From a virus (lineage: Duplodnaviria > Heunggongvirae > Uroviricota > Caudoviricetes), in IMG/VR virus record IMGVR_UViG_3300045988_142422: a stretch of DNA of 64,000 bases, one strand, 5' to 3'. This document shows, one piece after another, positions 39,000-47,347 of the stretch; position 1 is the first letter of the stretch, and every line of letters starts with the position of its first letter. Under the pieces are notes generated by a model that was not told the origin of the DNA, made no database searches, and saw only the letters and a program-made list of their open reading frames with translations. A program made the translations under genes and the position numbers.

Positions 39000-39331
39000 A
39001 GGCCATCCCATTCGCGCTGTTGTTCCTTTCTTCGATCGTTGTGGCCGACACCACTGTTTATCAGTGTGAAATGTCTGTAGCCGACGTTAAGAATGGCGCT
39101 CTTACCGACGTCATAAAAGCACCATATGGAGCGATGGTCGTAGACAGCGGCGACCAGTTCTATGTTGTGCGTGACGATCGAGTGTTGTCATCCCCATATC
39201 TCACAAATCGTAATGGCAAACTGACCGGAGTAGGAGAAGACCACTTCACATACAACAAATACCAGGGCTTTTATGGCATTCACGCTTCTACAAAAAGCTA
39301 CCTTTTCGATGACTGCAAGGAGATTGGATAA
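38996..39331 (+). CDS. Secreted/periplasmic small protein
   Basis: Signal-peptide-like N-terminus MKAIPFALLFLSSIVVA. Confidence 0.45.
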   Translation: MKAIPFALLFLSSIVVADTTVYQCEMSVADVKNGALTDVIKAPYGAMVVDSGDQFYVVRDDRVLSSPYLTNRNGKLTGVGEDHFTYNKYQGFYGIHASTKSYLFDDCKEIG

Positions 39332-39543
39332 TGGCGGTGACACTGGCAGGTCTGGAAATCGAGAAAACAAGCGGATACTGGCGTTCCAAAGGATTCAAAA
39401 AAGCCAGCATACAAGATCGGCTAGAGCGTGAAGATGGATACATCATCCACCAGCGCAAGGAGTGGAGAATGGTTGATCCTGAGACTGGTAAGCTCGCAAC
39501 GAAGGCTCAGACACTCTGGGGTTTATTGAAGAAAATTCACTGA
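39331..39543 (+). CDS. Hypothetical small basic protein
   Basis: 70 aa, start overlaps upstream stop. Confidence 0.4.
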   Translation: MAVTLAGLEIEKTSGYWRSKGFKKASIQDRLEREDGYIIHQRKEWRMVDPETGKLATKAQTLWGLLKKIH

Positions 39544-39552
39544 TAACACCAA

Positions 39553-40030
39553 CCACTGCGGTGAGTAGTCTGCTCACCGCATTCGTATCCAGCTCATTAT
39601 CCACTGTAGTCAGTAACAAAACCTTCCTACATATCTGCTAACCACTGTAGCGAGTAGACAGCCTTTCATTCGCATCAAACAACCACTATGGTGAGTATTG
39701 GAGTGAGATGTCCAGCGGGTATCCACTATGGTGAGTAAGCCTTTGCTGTTTTCAGTGGATATCCACTCGCCACAGTGGATACGCTCAAAGATGAGGGCGA
39801 CAACAACCACTATAGACAGTAAATTTTCCAAGATACCCAGTGACCACTAACCTCGCAGCCCTTGTTTCATCAGTGTTAGTGATCACTAACATTTAATTCG
39901 GTATTTGCATTCTACTGCCTACAGTGGTTATCAACAGATAACGATACTCACTATAGTGGATAGCGAATTACAGATATAAGTAAGGCTCACTACAGTGGAT
40001 AGTGAGCCTTACTACTAACTACAGTGGTTG
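39553..40030. repeat. Iteron array downstream of repA (copy-control locus candidate)
   Basis: At least 9 copies of about 16-22 bp units with core CCACTRYRG / CYRYAGTGG in both orientations. Confidence 0.8.
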
Positions 40031-40032
40031 GG

Positions 40033-41088
40033 CTATTTGCGAGTCTTTGCCTTGCGCAACTCTTCGAGAAGCGCCAGTTCTTCTTTACTCAACATGACCA
40101 TTTTGCCTTCTTTTTCGTCAGGCACAACGTCGATAATGTCATCTTGATTCTCATCTGGGAGGCTATATTCCGTCTCATCATTATCGATTTTTGTTGATAT
40201 TTGTGCCTGGCGTAACTTTGGCCGCCTATAGTGGATGACGAAGTAGACCGAGTTTCCGCGCTTAACTTCCGTGTAATCGAGATATCCTATCTCTCGCAGC
40301 TGTTCCATAGCCTTTCTTACCGTCGCATTCTGAGTAATAGTGCGACTTGTCAGATTAAGTCTGGCGCGTAAACGGGCTAGTGATATTGGTGCCGGATCAG
40401 GCGGCAAACTTTCAATAAAAGTATAAAGCGCCTGAGCGGATTCTTTTCTTGAGAGTTCGTTTATAGCCCGGAGTTGCAGAAGAACCTTTTTGTCGAACTG
40501 GTAGAGTTCGAAAATCTTGGGATCTGCTTTCAGTTCGACCGTATCGTGCTTGACACTATATTTTGCCGTTTGCACAAGATGCGTTACGTAAAACTCATCA
40601 GAGCCTTTGCTACGGAACGAGATGGTATTTGTGGCAATACGGCTTAGCGAACTGTCCAGGCGTTTGCGTAACTTCGCTGATGACCTGGCGGTCGGAATGC
40701 CACACAGCCTTACAAACTCAACGAACGGCAACGTGACAGTATCGCCAACGACCTTGTGTTTGGCAAACGCGTGGATTATTCCCACCCACGTTTTAAAGTC
40801 GTTATCCATATCAAGCCGAAGGCCAGAGATCCTTATGTCTTCGTACCCTTCGGCTTTTGCCAGAGACAGCTGTTTGAGTTCAGCAGAGGCATCCATAGAG
40901 ACCATTTGCCCCTTTCTTCCTCTGGATGTCGATTTCAGCGTCGGAACGAAGAGGCCCAGACGCATCAAAGCAACAGGCTGAACAGTGTTATTAGTGTTAG
41001 GAACCAACGTAACAACTTCGCCTGTCTTTTTATCTGTTTCTGAAAATGCTTCAACGATCGCTATGTTTTTATTGCCGTTTTCGCTCAT
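40033..41088 (-). CDS. repA: Iteron-binding replication initiator RepA (Rep_3 / RepFIB-P1-like)
   Basis: 351 aa minus-strand ORF flanked on both sides by iterons; family assignment by context and general resemblance, not searched. Confidence 0.7.
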   Translation of the reverse strand: MSENGNKNIAIVEAFSETDKKTGEVVTLVPNTNNTVQPVALMRLGLFVPTLKSTSRGRKGQMVSMDASAELKQLSLAKAEGYEDIRISGLRLDMDNDFKTWVGIIHAFAKHKVVGDTVTLPFVEFVRLCGIPTARSSAKLRKRLDSSLSRIATNTISFRSKGSDEFYVTHLVQTAKYSVKHDTVELKADPKIFELYQFDKKVLLQLRAINELSRKESAQALYTFIESLPPDPAPISLARLRARLNLTSRTITQNATVRKAMEQLREIGYLDYTEVKRGNSVYFVIHYRRPKLRQAQISTKIDNDETEYSLPDENQDDIIDVVPDEKEGKMVMLSKEELALLEELRKAKTRK

Positions 41089-41130
41089 TCCAAATGTCTC
41101 TTGTTATTCGACGGCTTTGGTGGCCTTTGC

Positions 41131-41256
41131 TGATTACAGTGGATAGTAGCACTCATCACAGCGGTTATCCTACCGTCTATAGTGGTTTTTCTCCTCTCTA
41201 TAGTGGTTGCTTTGCTCCCTATAGTGGATTATTCGCTCTCTATAGTGGATATCGAT
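41131..41256. repeat. Iteron array immediately upstream of repA
   Basis: Six tandem units about 21 bp: TACAGTGGATAG, CACAGCGGTTAT, CTATAGTGGTTT, CTATAGTGGTTG, CTATAGTGGATT, CTATAGTGGATA. Confidence 0.8.
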
Positions 41257-41298
41257 CATGTCTGAAGGCAGATGGCACAACGGTTTGAGGTGGGCGGG

Positions 41299-41513
41299 GA
41301 TCTTATTGGGTCTTTATGGGTCTCTTTGGTTCTCTTTGTGATCTGAATTACTGGATCGGGCCTGTGGATAAAAATCAGAGGATTTCAAGAACAGGTAACT
41401 CTACTCTTCTGTGGATATTTAAGGACATAAGAATCATGACTAAGAGTAGAGTTTAAAATATATCTATGTATATCAGTATGTTAATGAAGAATTAAGTCAT
41501 TAAGTTATCCATA
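41299..41513. promoter_or_regulatory. Origin-like region: DnaA-box matches, AT-rich tract, GATC sites
   Basis: TGTGGATAA at 41363-41371 (perfect DnaA box complement), TGTGGATAT at 41410-41418, TTATCCATA at 41505-41513; GATC at 41299, 41340, 41354; AT-rich 41440-41500. Confidence 0.6.
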
Positions 41514-41525
41514 AAAGACAATGTG

Positions 41526-41636
41526 CTCTACTCTCTACAGTGGATATATACAGCTCTCCAGAGTGGTTGTTTTACTCTTCATAGCGGTTATTCAGCTCTC
41601 TACAGAGGTTTCTTTGCTCTCCATAGTGGATGGCAA
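41526..41636. repeat. Second upstream iteron array
   Basis: Five units about 22 bp with cores CTACAGTGGATA, CCAGAGTGGTTG, CATAGCGGTTAT, CTACAGAGGTTT, CCATAGTGGATG. Confidence 0.75.
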
Positions 41637-41672
41637 CACCCTTTCAGACCAGTAACCGCAACGGCTAGAGGC

Positions 41673-41730
41673 GATCGGGGATCTCTTTGGATCTTCTATT
41701 TGATCTTACTTGGGATCTCTTATTTGGATC
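41673..41730. promoter_or_regulatory. Cluster of six GATC sites in 58 bp (Dam/SeqA-type control candidate)
   Basis: GATC at 41673, 41680, 41690, 41702, 41714, 41727 within GGATCT-type short repeats. Confidence 0.55.
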
Positions 41731-41831
41731 TATCCAGTGGATAACTGGGATAAGTAAAACAGGCAAATGCAGATTAAGGTATGCCTAATGAGTTATCGTA
41801 GCATCGGCTAACAATCACAGAAAAATGACAT

Positions 41832-42476
41832 ATGGATCTAAAACGCACGCGCTGGGTTCGTCGTCTTGAAGACTGCTCCTACACTATCGAATCAAATTCC
41901 AACCTGAATAAGCAGAAGTTGCTTTGTGACATCTGCGGTATAGCGGCGAAGTGCCCGATCTACGAAACCAGAATTAAACTTGATAAGGCTGGTGTGAATT
42001 TTCATTTAAACAGTTGCATCAGGTACGTTCCATTACTCGCATTTCGTAAACCGATCATCGGATTGGATGCTCCCTACTTCAACACACTCCGTTCAGGTGT
42101 GACGTGGCGAGATCGTTTATCACCAGACAAGCTGATTTGCCTCGTATCCGCAGACACAGGGAAAATCATCCGTTTTGGGAAAGTAGACAAGGTTTACTCA
42201 GGCCCAGTAGACGAAATGTTGCGGAAACACAGCCGGTTTAATCATCTCTGTATGGGTGGTGAGAAAATCGAGAAAGTAGAAGAAGTGATCCGCAAATCCT
42301 ACGGACACTTTCTGACCAAAGATAGCCTGCTCACCGCAATCTACATCAGACATGTAAAACGTGAGTTCGACCTCGAATACCACAGCGAAGAAGAGCTTAA
42401 CCTTGTTGACCCACGTCCAAAAGCTGGCGTCATAAGCATAAACGCAGCGCGTAAAAAGCCCACTGACGCGCTGTAA
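41832..42476 (+). CDS. Hypothetical protein
   Basis: 214 aa ORF next to origin region; several Cys near N-terminus. Confidence 0.45.
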   Translation: MDLKRTRWVRRLEDCSYTIESNSNLNKQKLLCDICGIAAKCPIYETRIKLDKAGVNFHLNSCIRYVPLLAFRKPIIGLDAPYFNTLRSGVTWRDRLSPDKLICLVSADTGKIIRFGKVDKVYSGPVDEMLRKHSRFNHLCMGGEKIEKVEEVIRKSYGHFLTKDSLLTAIYIRHVKREFDLEYHSEEELNLVDPRPKAGVISINAARKKPTDAL

Positions 42477-42730
42477 CCCTCCAGATCGTATATTGGCGTA
42501 GATAGAATCTACGCCCCCTCAAAATAGCTCTCATAGCGTTCTACAGTGATCCTGTCTTATTTTTAGTCATACAGACAAGCAAAGTTGCGCCACGATAAAT
42601 AGGTATATACTTACTTATAAATTTTGTATATTAAGGCGCTCGTTTCATTCCTAACATACCGTTATGCATAGTTGTTTACCTCCTCATTGCTCTTAGAATT
42701 TGTATCAAAATAACCACAAAGGAAAAATAC

Positions 42731-43816
42731 ATGACTTTGCCATACGGCGTCATTTCTGACTGCCACTACCACAAATGGGATGCGTTCTCCACGACGAACG
42801 CTGAGGGGCTTAACTCCAGACTTGAAATACAGTTGGAAGCAACGAAAGAAGCAGCCATCGCCATGAAGAAGGCCGGTTGTAAGTACATGTTGGTTGCCGG
42901 TGATACATTTCACGTCCGAGGAACTGTGTCCCCTTCTGTTTTGCATTACGTAACTGAAACGTACAAGTGGATTATCAACGAGCTTGATCTGACAGTAGTA
43001 ATGCTGGCCGGTAATCACGATCTTGAAACCAACGATTCAGTATATAGCGCCAACGCAGCAGCATCGCTGAGTTCTATCGGCGTGGTAATCGTATGTGGCA
43101 AACGCCCACACTCAATAAAAATTGGTGATGTGACTGTCCACCTGATTAGCTGGCGTAACAATCATGCGGAGCTTATCAGCGATCTGAAAGCATTACGTAA
43201 GAGCGTAGAAGGTGATAATCATGACGTTGTTATCCATACATCCATTAACAAAGCCATTCCAACAATGCCTGACGTCGGTATCGATGCGCAGGAGTTAAAG
43301 GATATCGGCTTTCGTCTCGTGCTTAGTGGGCATTACCACAACCACAAAGAGGTCATTCCTGGAGTTATCAGTGTCGGCGCACTGACCCATCAAAATTGGG
43401 GAGATGTTGGATCTCTGGCTGGCTACATGATCGTAAACCCGGACGGCAGTTTCAGTCACTACGAAACCAGTGCGCCTAAATTCATTAACCTGGAAGATGA
43501 TGTTGCTGATGACCAAATTCGCGGCAACTACGTGCGTTTCCGCGCCGTAATTGAGAACGATGAAGAAGGCATTAAGTACCAGAACATCCTCAAAACAATG
43601 GGTGCAAAAGGTGTCGTGTGCAACTTCATCCGTAAGTCATCAATGATGGAAGGTACAGCCAGCACAACTGAAACCAGCAAAATCAATAGCCTGGGAGAGT
43701 CGGTATCTGCTTATTGCAAGATTGTCCACGATACTGACGGCGGATTTGATCTGAGCAAATTGGATATTTTGTGTCAGGAAATCCTCACCGAAGCGGAGAG
43801 TTCGGAGGCTGTGTGA
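42731..43816 (+). CDS. SbcD/Mre11-like nuclease (T4 gp47-like)
   Basis: Phosphoesterase motifs DCHYH, GDTFH, GNHD, GHYH. Confidence 0.75.
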   Translation: MTLPYGVISDCHYHKWDAFSTTNAEGLNSRLEIQLEATKEAAIAMKKAGCKYMLVAGDTFHVRGTVSPSVLHYVTETYKWIINELDLTVVMLAGNHDLETNDSVYSANAAASLSSIGVVIVCGKRPHSIKIGDVTVHLISWRNNHAELISDLKALRKSVEGDNHDVVIHTSINKAIPTMPDVGIDAQELKDIGFRLVLSGHYHNHKEVIPGVISVGALTHQNWGDVGSLAGYMIVNPDGSFSHYETSAPKFINLEDDVADDQIRGNYVRFRAVIENDEEGIKYQNILKTMGAKGVVCNFIRKSSMMEGTASTTETSKINSLGESVSAYCKIVHDTDGGFDLSKLDILCQEILTEAESSEAV

Positions 43817-44045
43817 AGCAAAGTCGTTATGGGAGCTTTCGAGACTTTGCCATCACGATGAAAAGACTTGAACGAGGCCAGACGGTGATGTTTCACAAGC
43901 CCTACCCGCCACAAGGAAATCCCGTAGCGTTTTATCTTGGAAGGTTAACAAGAAAAGGCGTATTGAGGCGCAGATCCTTCCCGGCGCATACGGAGTTCAG
44001 ATTGAAAGAAGGCCAAAAACTAACACACGGTATCAGAGGTGTTAT

Positions 44046-45962
44046 ATGAAGTTTTTAAAACTCCAGGTTGAGAATTTTATGGCTATCGCCAGCGCGGAGG
44101 TCGAGTTAGATCAGCGTGGTTTAGTGCTTATTCAGGGTGTTAATAGTGATGATAGTTCCGCATCAAGTAATGGCTCTGGAAAGTCAACTCTAATGAATAG
44201 CCTGATGTGGTGTCTTTATGGCGAAACAGCTCATGGTGTGAAGGGTGACGATGTGTTGTCTACCGACCATGAAAAGAACTGTCGTGTTGCAGTAACCATC
44301 GAGGATGAAGGCAAGAGATACGCAATCATTCGTCACCGTAAACACAAAGAGTTCAAAAATCGTCTTATCGTTCGTGGTGAAGATGGCGATATGACGAAAG
44401 GCAAAGATGCGCTGACGCAGGAGTTCGTTGAGCGTCTGATCGGTGCATCTAAAGAGGTTTTCATGGCTTCCATCTATGCGAGCCAAGAAGCTATGCCAGA
44501 TTTACCTGGAATGTCCGACAAAAACCTCAAAACCATCGTAGAAGAAGCCGCTGGCGTTGACAGACTGACTCGCGCCTACGCTATTGCTCGTGAGCGAGCT
44601 AATGCAGCTGCCGCACGTATGGATGTGGTTAAAACCAAATTGGAGTCGACAATCTCGACCATTGAGGCAACACAGTCAGAAATTGAGTCAGCGAAAGCCT
44701 CCTCTGAATCATGGGAGCAAGAGCGTTCTAAACGTTATGACGATGCCCTGGCTGGGCTGGCCAGTGCCGAAGTTGAGTTAACGGAAGTTGAACTTGAGAT
44801 CCGCACTCTTCCCGAACAGATCCGTGATACCGAGAAGGCAATCGAAAGTGAGCGCAAAAAGTTAGCCTCAAAAGAAGAACATGACGCCAAGTTGCTCAAA
44901 GTTCGTGGTGCGATAACTGATATTCGGGCAAGCATCAAAGCTACAGAAAATAGTCAGGCTGATGCAATGAACCGCGCGCGTAATTTTAAGACCAAAGCAG
45001 AAGAGGTTGGTACTAAAGTGGGATCACCATGCCCTACTTGTGGCAAAGCCTACTGCGAAGAAGATCTATCAACGGTGAAGGAGAATTTCATTGAACAAGC
45101 ACGTCAGGAAATTGGTCAGGCGAAGACACTTGCAGAGGCAATGGCTAAACACAAAACGAATCTTGAGAAAGCGTTAAGCATTGAGTCTGCCCTTGTTAAA
45201 ACGACACCTGATGTAACGGCTATCATTGCCCGGATTGAAGAGCTTACGAAACAACTCTCATCTTTGCGTCATCGTGAGAAGGAGGTTGTTGCTATTGAGT
45301 CTCTTGTGACTCGTGCTCGTACTGAGGTCGATCGTATATCAAAAGAGATTAATCCGTTTATTGCTCTTATCGCCAGACACGAAGATAACTTGGTATCCAG
45401 TAAGTCTACCTTCAAGTCCTTAAAAGATGAGTTGAAGGCTATTCAGGAACAAACGTTGCTATTGGAAAAAGCTCGTCAGGTCTACTCTCCTGCCGGGGTG
45501 CGTTCTCATATTTTGACGTCTGTTACGCCTTTCCTGAATACACGCACTGCCGAGTATCTCAATACGTTGTCTGACGGGAATATTACTGCTGAGTGGTCGA
45601 CGATGGATGTCACTAAAAAAGGTGAGTATCGCGACAAATTCAACATTAGTGTGCAGAAGAAAGGTTCAAGTAAGTCGTTCCAGACCCTCTCTGGTGGTGA
45701 GAAGCGGAAGGTTCGCATTGCGTGTTCTTTGGCATTGCAGGATCTGGTTAGTAACCGGGCGAGTAAAAACATCGATTTGTTTATCGGCGACGAAATTGAC
45801 GATGCACTCGATACAGCCGGTCTTGAACGCCTCATGGGTATTCTGGAGTCCAAAGCTCGCGAGCGAGGTACTGTGCTGATTATCTCCCATAAAGAGATGA
45901 AGTCATGGTTCCGGGAAACTATTACGCTGGAAGTTAAAGAGGGGCGCAGCTATGTCGTTTAA
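44046..45962 (+). CDS. SbcC/Rad50-like ATPase (T4 gp46-like)
   Basis: Walker A GSGKSTL, long coiled coil, zinc hook CPTCGKAYC, signature LSGGEKRK, Walker B DLFIGDEID. Confidence 0.8.
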   Translation: MKFLKLQVENFMAIASAEVELDQRGLVLIQGVNSDDSSASSNGSGKSTLMNSLMWCLYGETAHGVKGDDVLSTDHEKNCRVAVTIEDEGKRYAIIRHRKHKEFKNRLIVRGEDGDMTKGKDALTQEFVERLIGASKEVFMASIYASQEAMPDLPGMSDKNLKTIVEEAAGVDRLTRAYAIARERANAAAARMDVVKTKLESTISTIEATQSEIESAKASSESWEQERSKRYDDALAGLASAEVELTEVELEIRTLPEQIRDTEKAIESERKKLASKEEHDAKLLKVRGAITDIRASIKATENSQADAMNRARNFKTKAEEVGTKVGSPCPTCGKAYCEEDLSTVKENFIEQARQEIGQAKTLAEAMAKHKTNLEKALSIESALVKTTPDVTAIIARIEELTKQLSSLRHREKEVVAIESLVTRARTEVDRISKEINPFIALIARHEDNLVSSKSTFKSLKDELKAIQEQTLLLEKARQVYSPAGVRSHILTSVTPFLNTRTAEYLNTLSDGNITAEWSTMDVTKKGEYRDKFNISVQKKGSSKSFQTLSGGEKRKVRIACSLALQDLVSNRASKNIDLFIGDEIDDALDTAGLERLMGILESKARERGTVLIISHKEMKSWFRETITLEVKEGRSYVV

Positions 45963-46695
45963 ATTAAGCCGCTCGCAGTTTTTGCAGGCATTTGCAGTGA
46001 TGCAGTCGATAAAACTGATCAATGGGCATACTTCCAATGGTGCGGCTCCACGTATTCTGTGGGGCAGCAACAATATTGACGGAGTACAATTCGCCGCGTT
46101 GCTTGGTCTAATATCCGAGACGCCATTGATGCAAAGTTTGAAATCACTACCACCTGGATGTATTGCGCCGATCCTGATTAATCCTTTTGTTGAGGGGGGA
46201 TATCTTCCCAACGTCGGGCCTGGGTTTATTGCATCCCATGAAACTGAAGATCTTAACATTAATAGCGAAGGGTTCTTTGGGGGAATGGGTGCGCATCACT
46301 GTATGGCTTTCACGAACCTTATTCGACTTGCCAATAAGCGGGTGGATAGTTTGGCATCGCCAGGTGATGCTTTTACTGGTTTCCTTATCCAAAGGAGGGA
46401 TAAAAAGTACAGTGCGGACAAACTACAGTTTGTTGGTAAGTATGGAGAAATGGTAGAAATCGAACTTCAGCTCCCTCATGTTTTAGCAAACGATAGTGCA
46501 GACAGTCGGAGGCTATTGGGCATCATGCGTCATTTCATAGCAAGTGGTGTTAAACATGCCGCAGATAAACGTGTCACGCAGGAAAATGAGTATTCAGACT
46601 TTGCAAACTATCCCCAACCAACGTTGCAAACGGCAATAGTAGCCAATTCGTTGGAGGCGAGATTATTGGAAAACCCTATATGGGGAACATGGTAA
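45952..46695 (+). CDS. Hypothetical protein
   Basis: 247 aa, start overlaps upstream stop. Confidence 0.45.
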   Translation: MSFKLSRSQFLQAFAVMQSIKLINGHTSNGAAPRILWGSNNIDGVQFAALLGLISETPLMQSLKSLPPGCIAPILINPFVEGGYLPNVGPGFIASHETEDLNINSEGFFGGMGAHHCMAFTNLIRLANKRVDSLASPGDAFTGFLIQRRDKKYSADKLQFVGKYGEMVEIELQLPHVLANDSADSRRLLGIMRHFIASGVKHAADKRVTQENEYSDFANYPQPTLQTAIVANSLEARLLENPIWGTW

Positions 46696-46704
46696 GGAGA
46701 CTAT

Positions 46705-47274
46705 ATGAGTAAAAAAATCAGCGTAGTTGGTGTTGATCCCTCAATGAGCAACTTTGGGCTTGCTGTGGGCACTTTAGACCTTGAGACGGACGAACTTGAG
46801 ATTCACGGCCTTACTCTTGTTGAGACTAAAGCGGGGAGTAACAAAAAGACCGTTCGTGTGAACAGTGACGATCTGCGCCGCGCCAGTGAAATATGGCGTG
46901 TTGCGAAGCCAATCATTGATAAGGCAAATATGGTTTTTTGTGAGCTACCGGTTGGGAGCCAAAACTCTCGTTCGCAGACGTCTTACGGTATTTGTATCGG
47001 TGTACTTGCGTGTGTGGATAAGCCATTGATCCAGGTTACTCCAAACGAAATCAAGCATTTTGTCGGCAATAAACTTACTACATCGAAAGAAGAGATTATC
47101 CAGTGGGCTACGAAAAAACACCCTAAAGCACCGTGGCTGCGTCGTAAGCAATCTGGACAGGATGTTCTCGTGAACAAAAACGAACATTTGGCTGATGCGG
47201 TGGCTGCCATCCATACCGGTATGCAAACAGATCAGTTCCGCCAGGTGCGCGATGTTCTTAAGTCTCTCATTTGA
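46705..47274 (+). CDS. RuvC-like Holliday junction resolvase
   Basis: N-terminal VVGVDPSMSNFGLAVG and C-terminal LADAVAAIHTG resemble RuvC motifs. Confidence 0.55.
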   Translation: MSKKISVVGVDPSMSNFGLAVGTLDLETDELEIHGLTLVETKAGSNKKTVRVNSDDLRRASEIWRVAKPIIDKANMVFCELPVGSQNSRSQTSYGICIGVLACVDKPLIQVTPNEIKHFVGNKLTTSKEEIIQWATKKHPKAPWLRRKQSGQDVLVNKNEHLADAVAAIHTGMQTDQFRQVRDVLKSLI

Positions 47275-47308
47275 TTTCATTGATAGGTAAGTGCTTATCT
47301 ATTAACAT

Positions 47309-47338
47309 GGGCCACTATATTTAGTGGCCCTCTTTATT
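47309..47338 (+). terminator. Rho-independent terminator
   Basis: GGGCCACTA-TATT-TAGTGGCCC then TCTTTATTTG. Confidence 0.7.
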
Positions 47339-47347
47339 TGGTGATAC

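Noticed and set aside
39553-41636. Possible CRISPR array because of regularly spaced short repeats
   Set aside because: Repeats are about 21 bp, contiguous with no unique spacers, degenerate, and flank a replication initiator gene: iterons, not CRISPR.
41046-41744. ORFs 41046..41288 and 41523..41744 flanking repA
   Set aside because: They are read through the iteron arrays; their translations simply reflect the repeat (YSG...YSG), with no start context.
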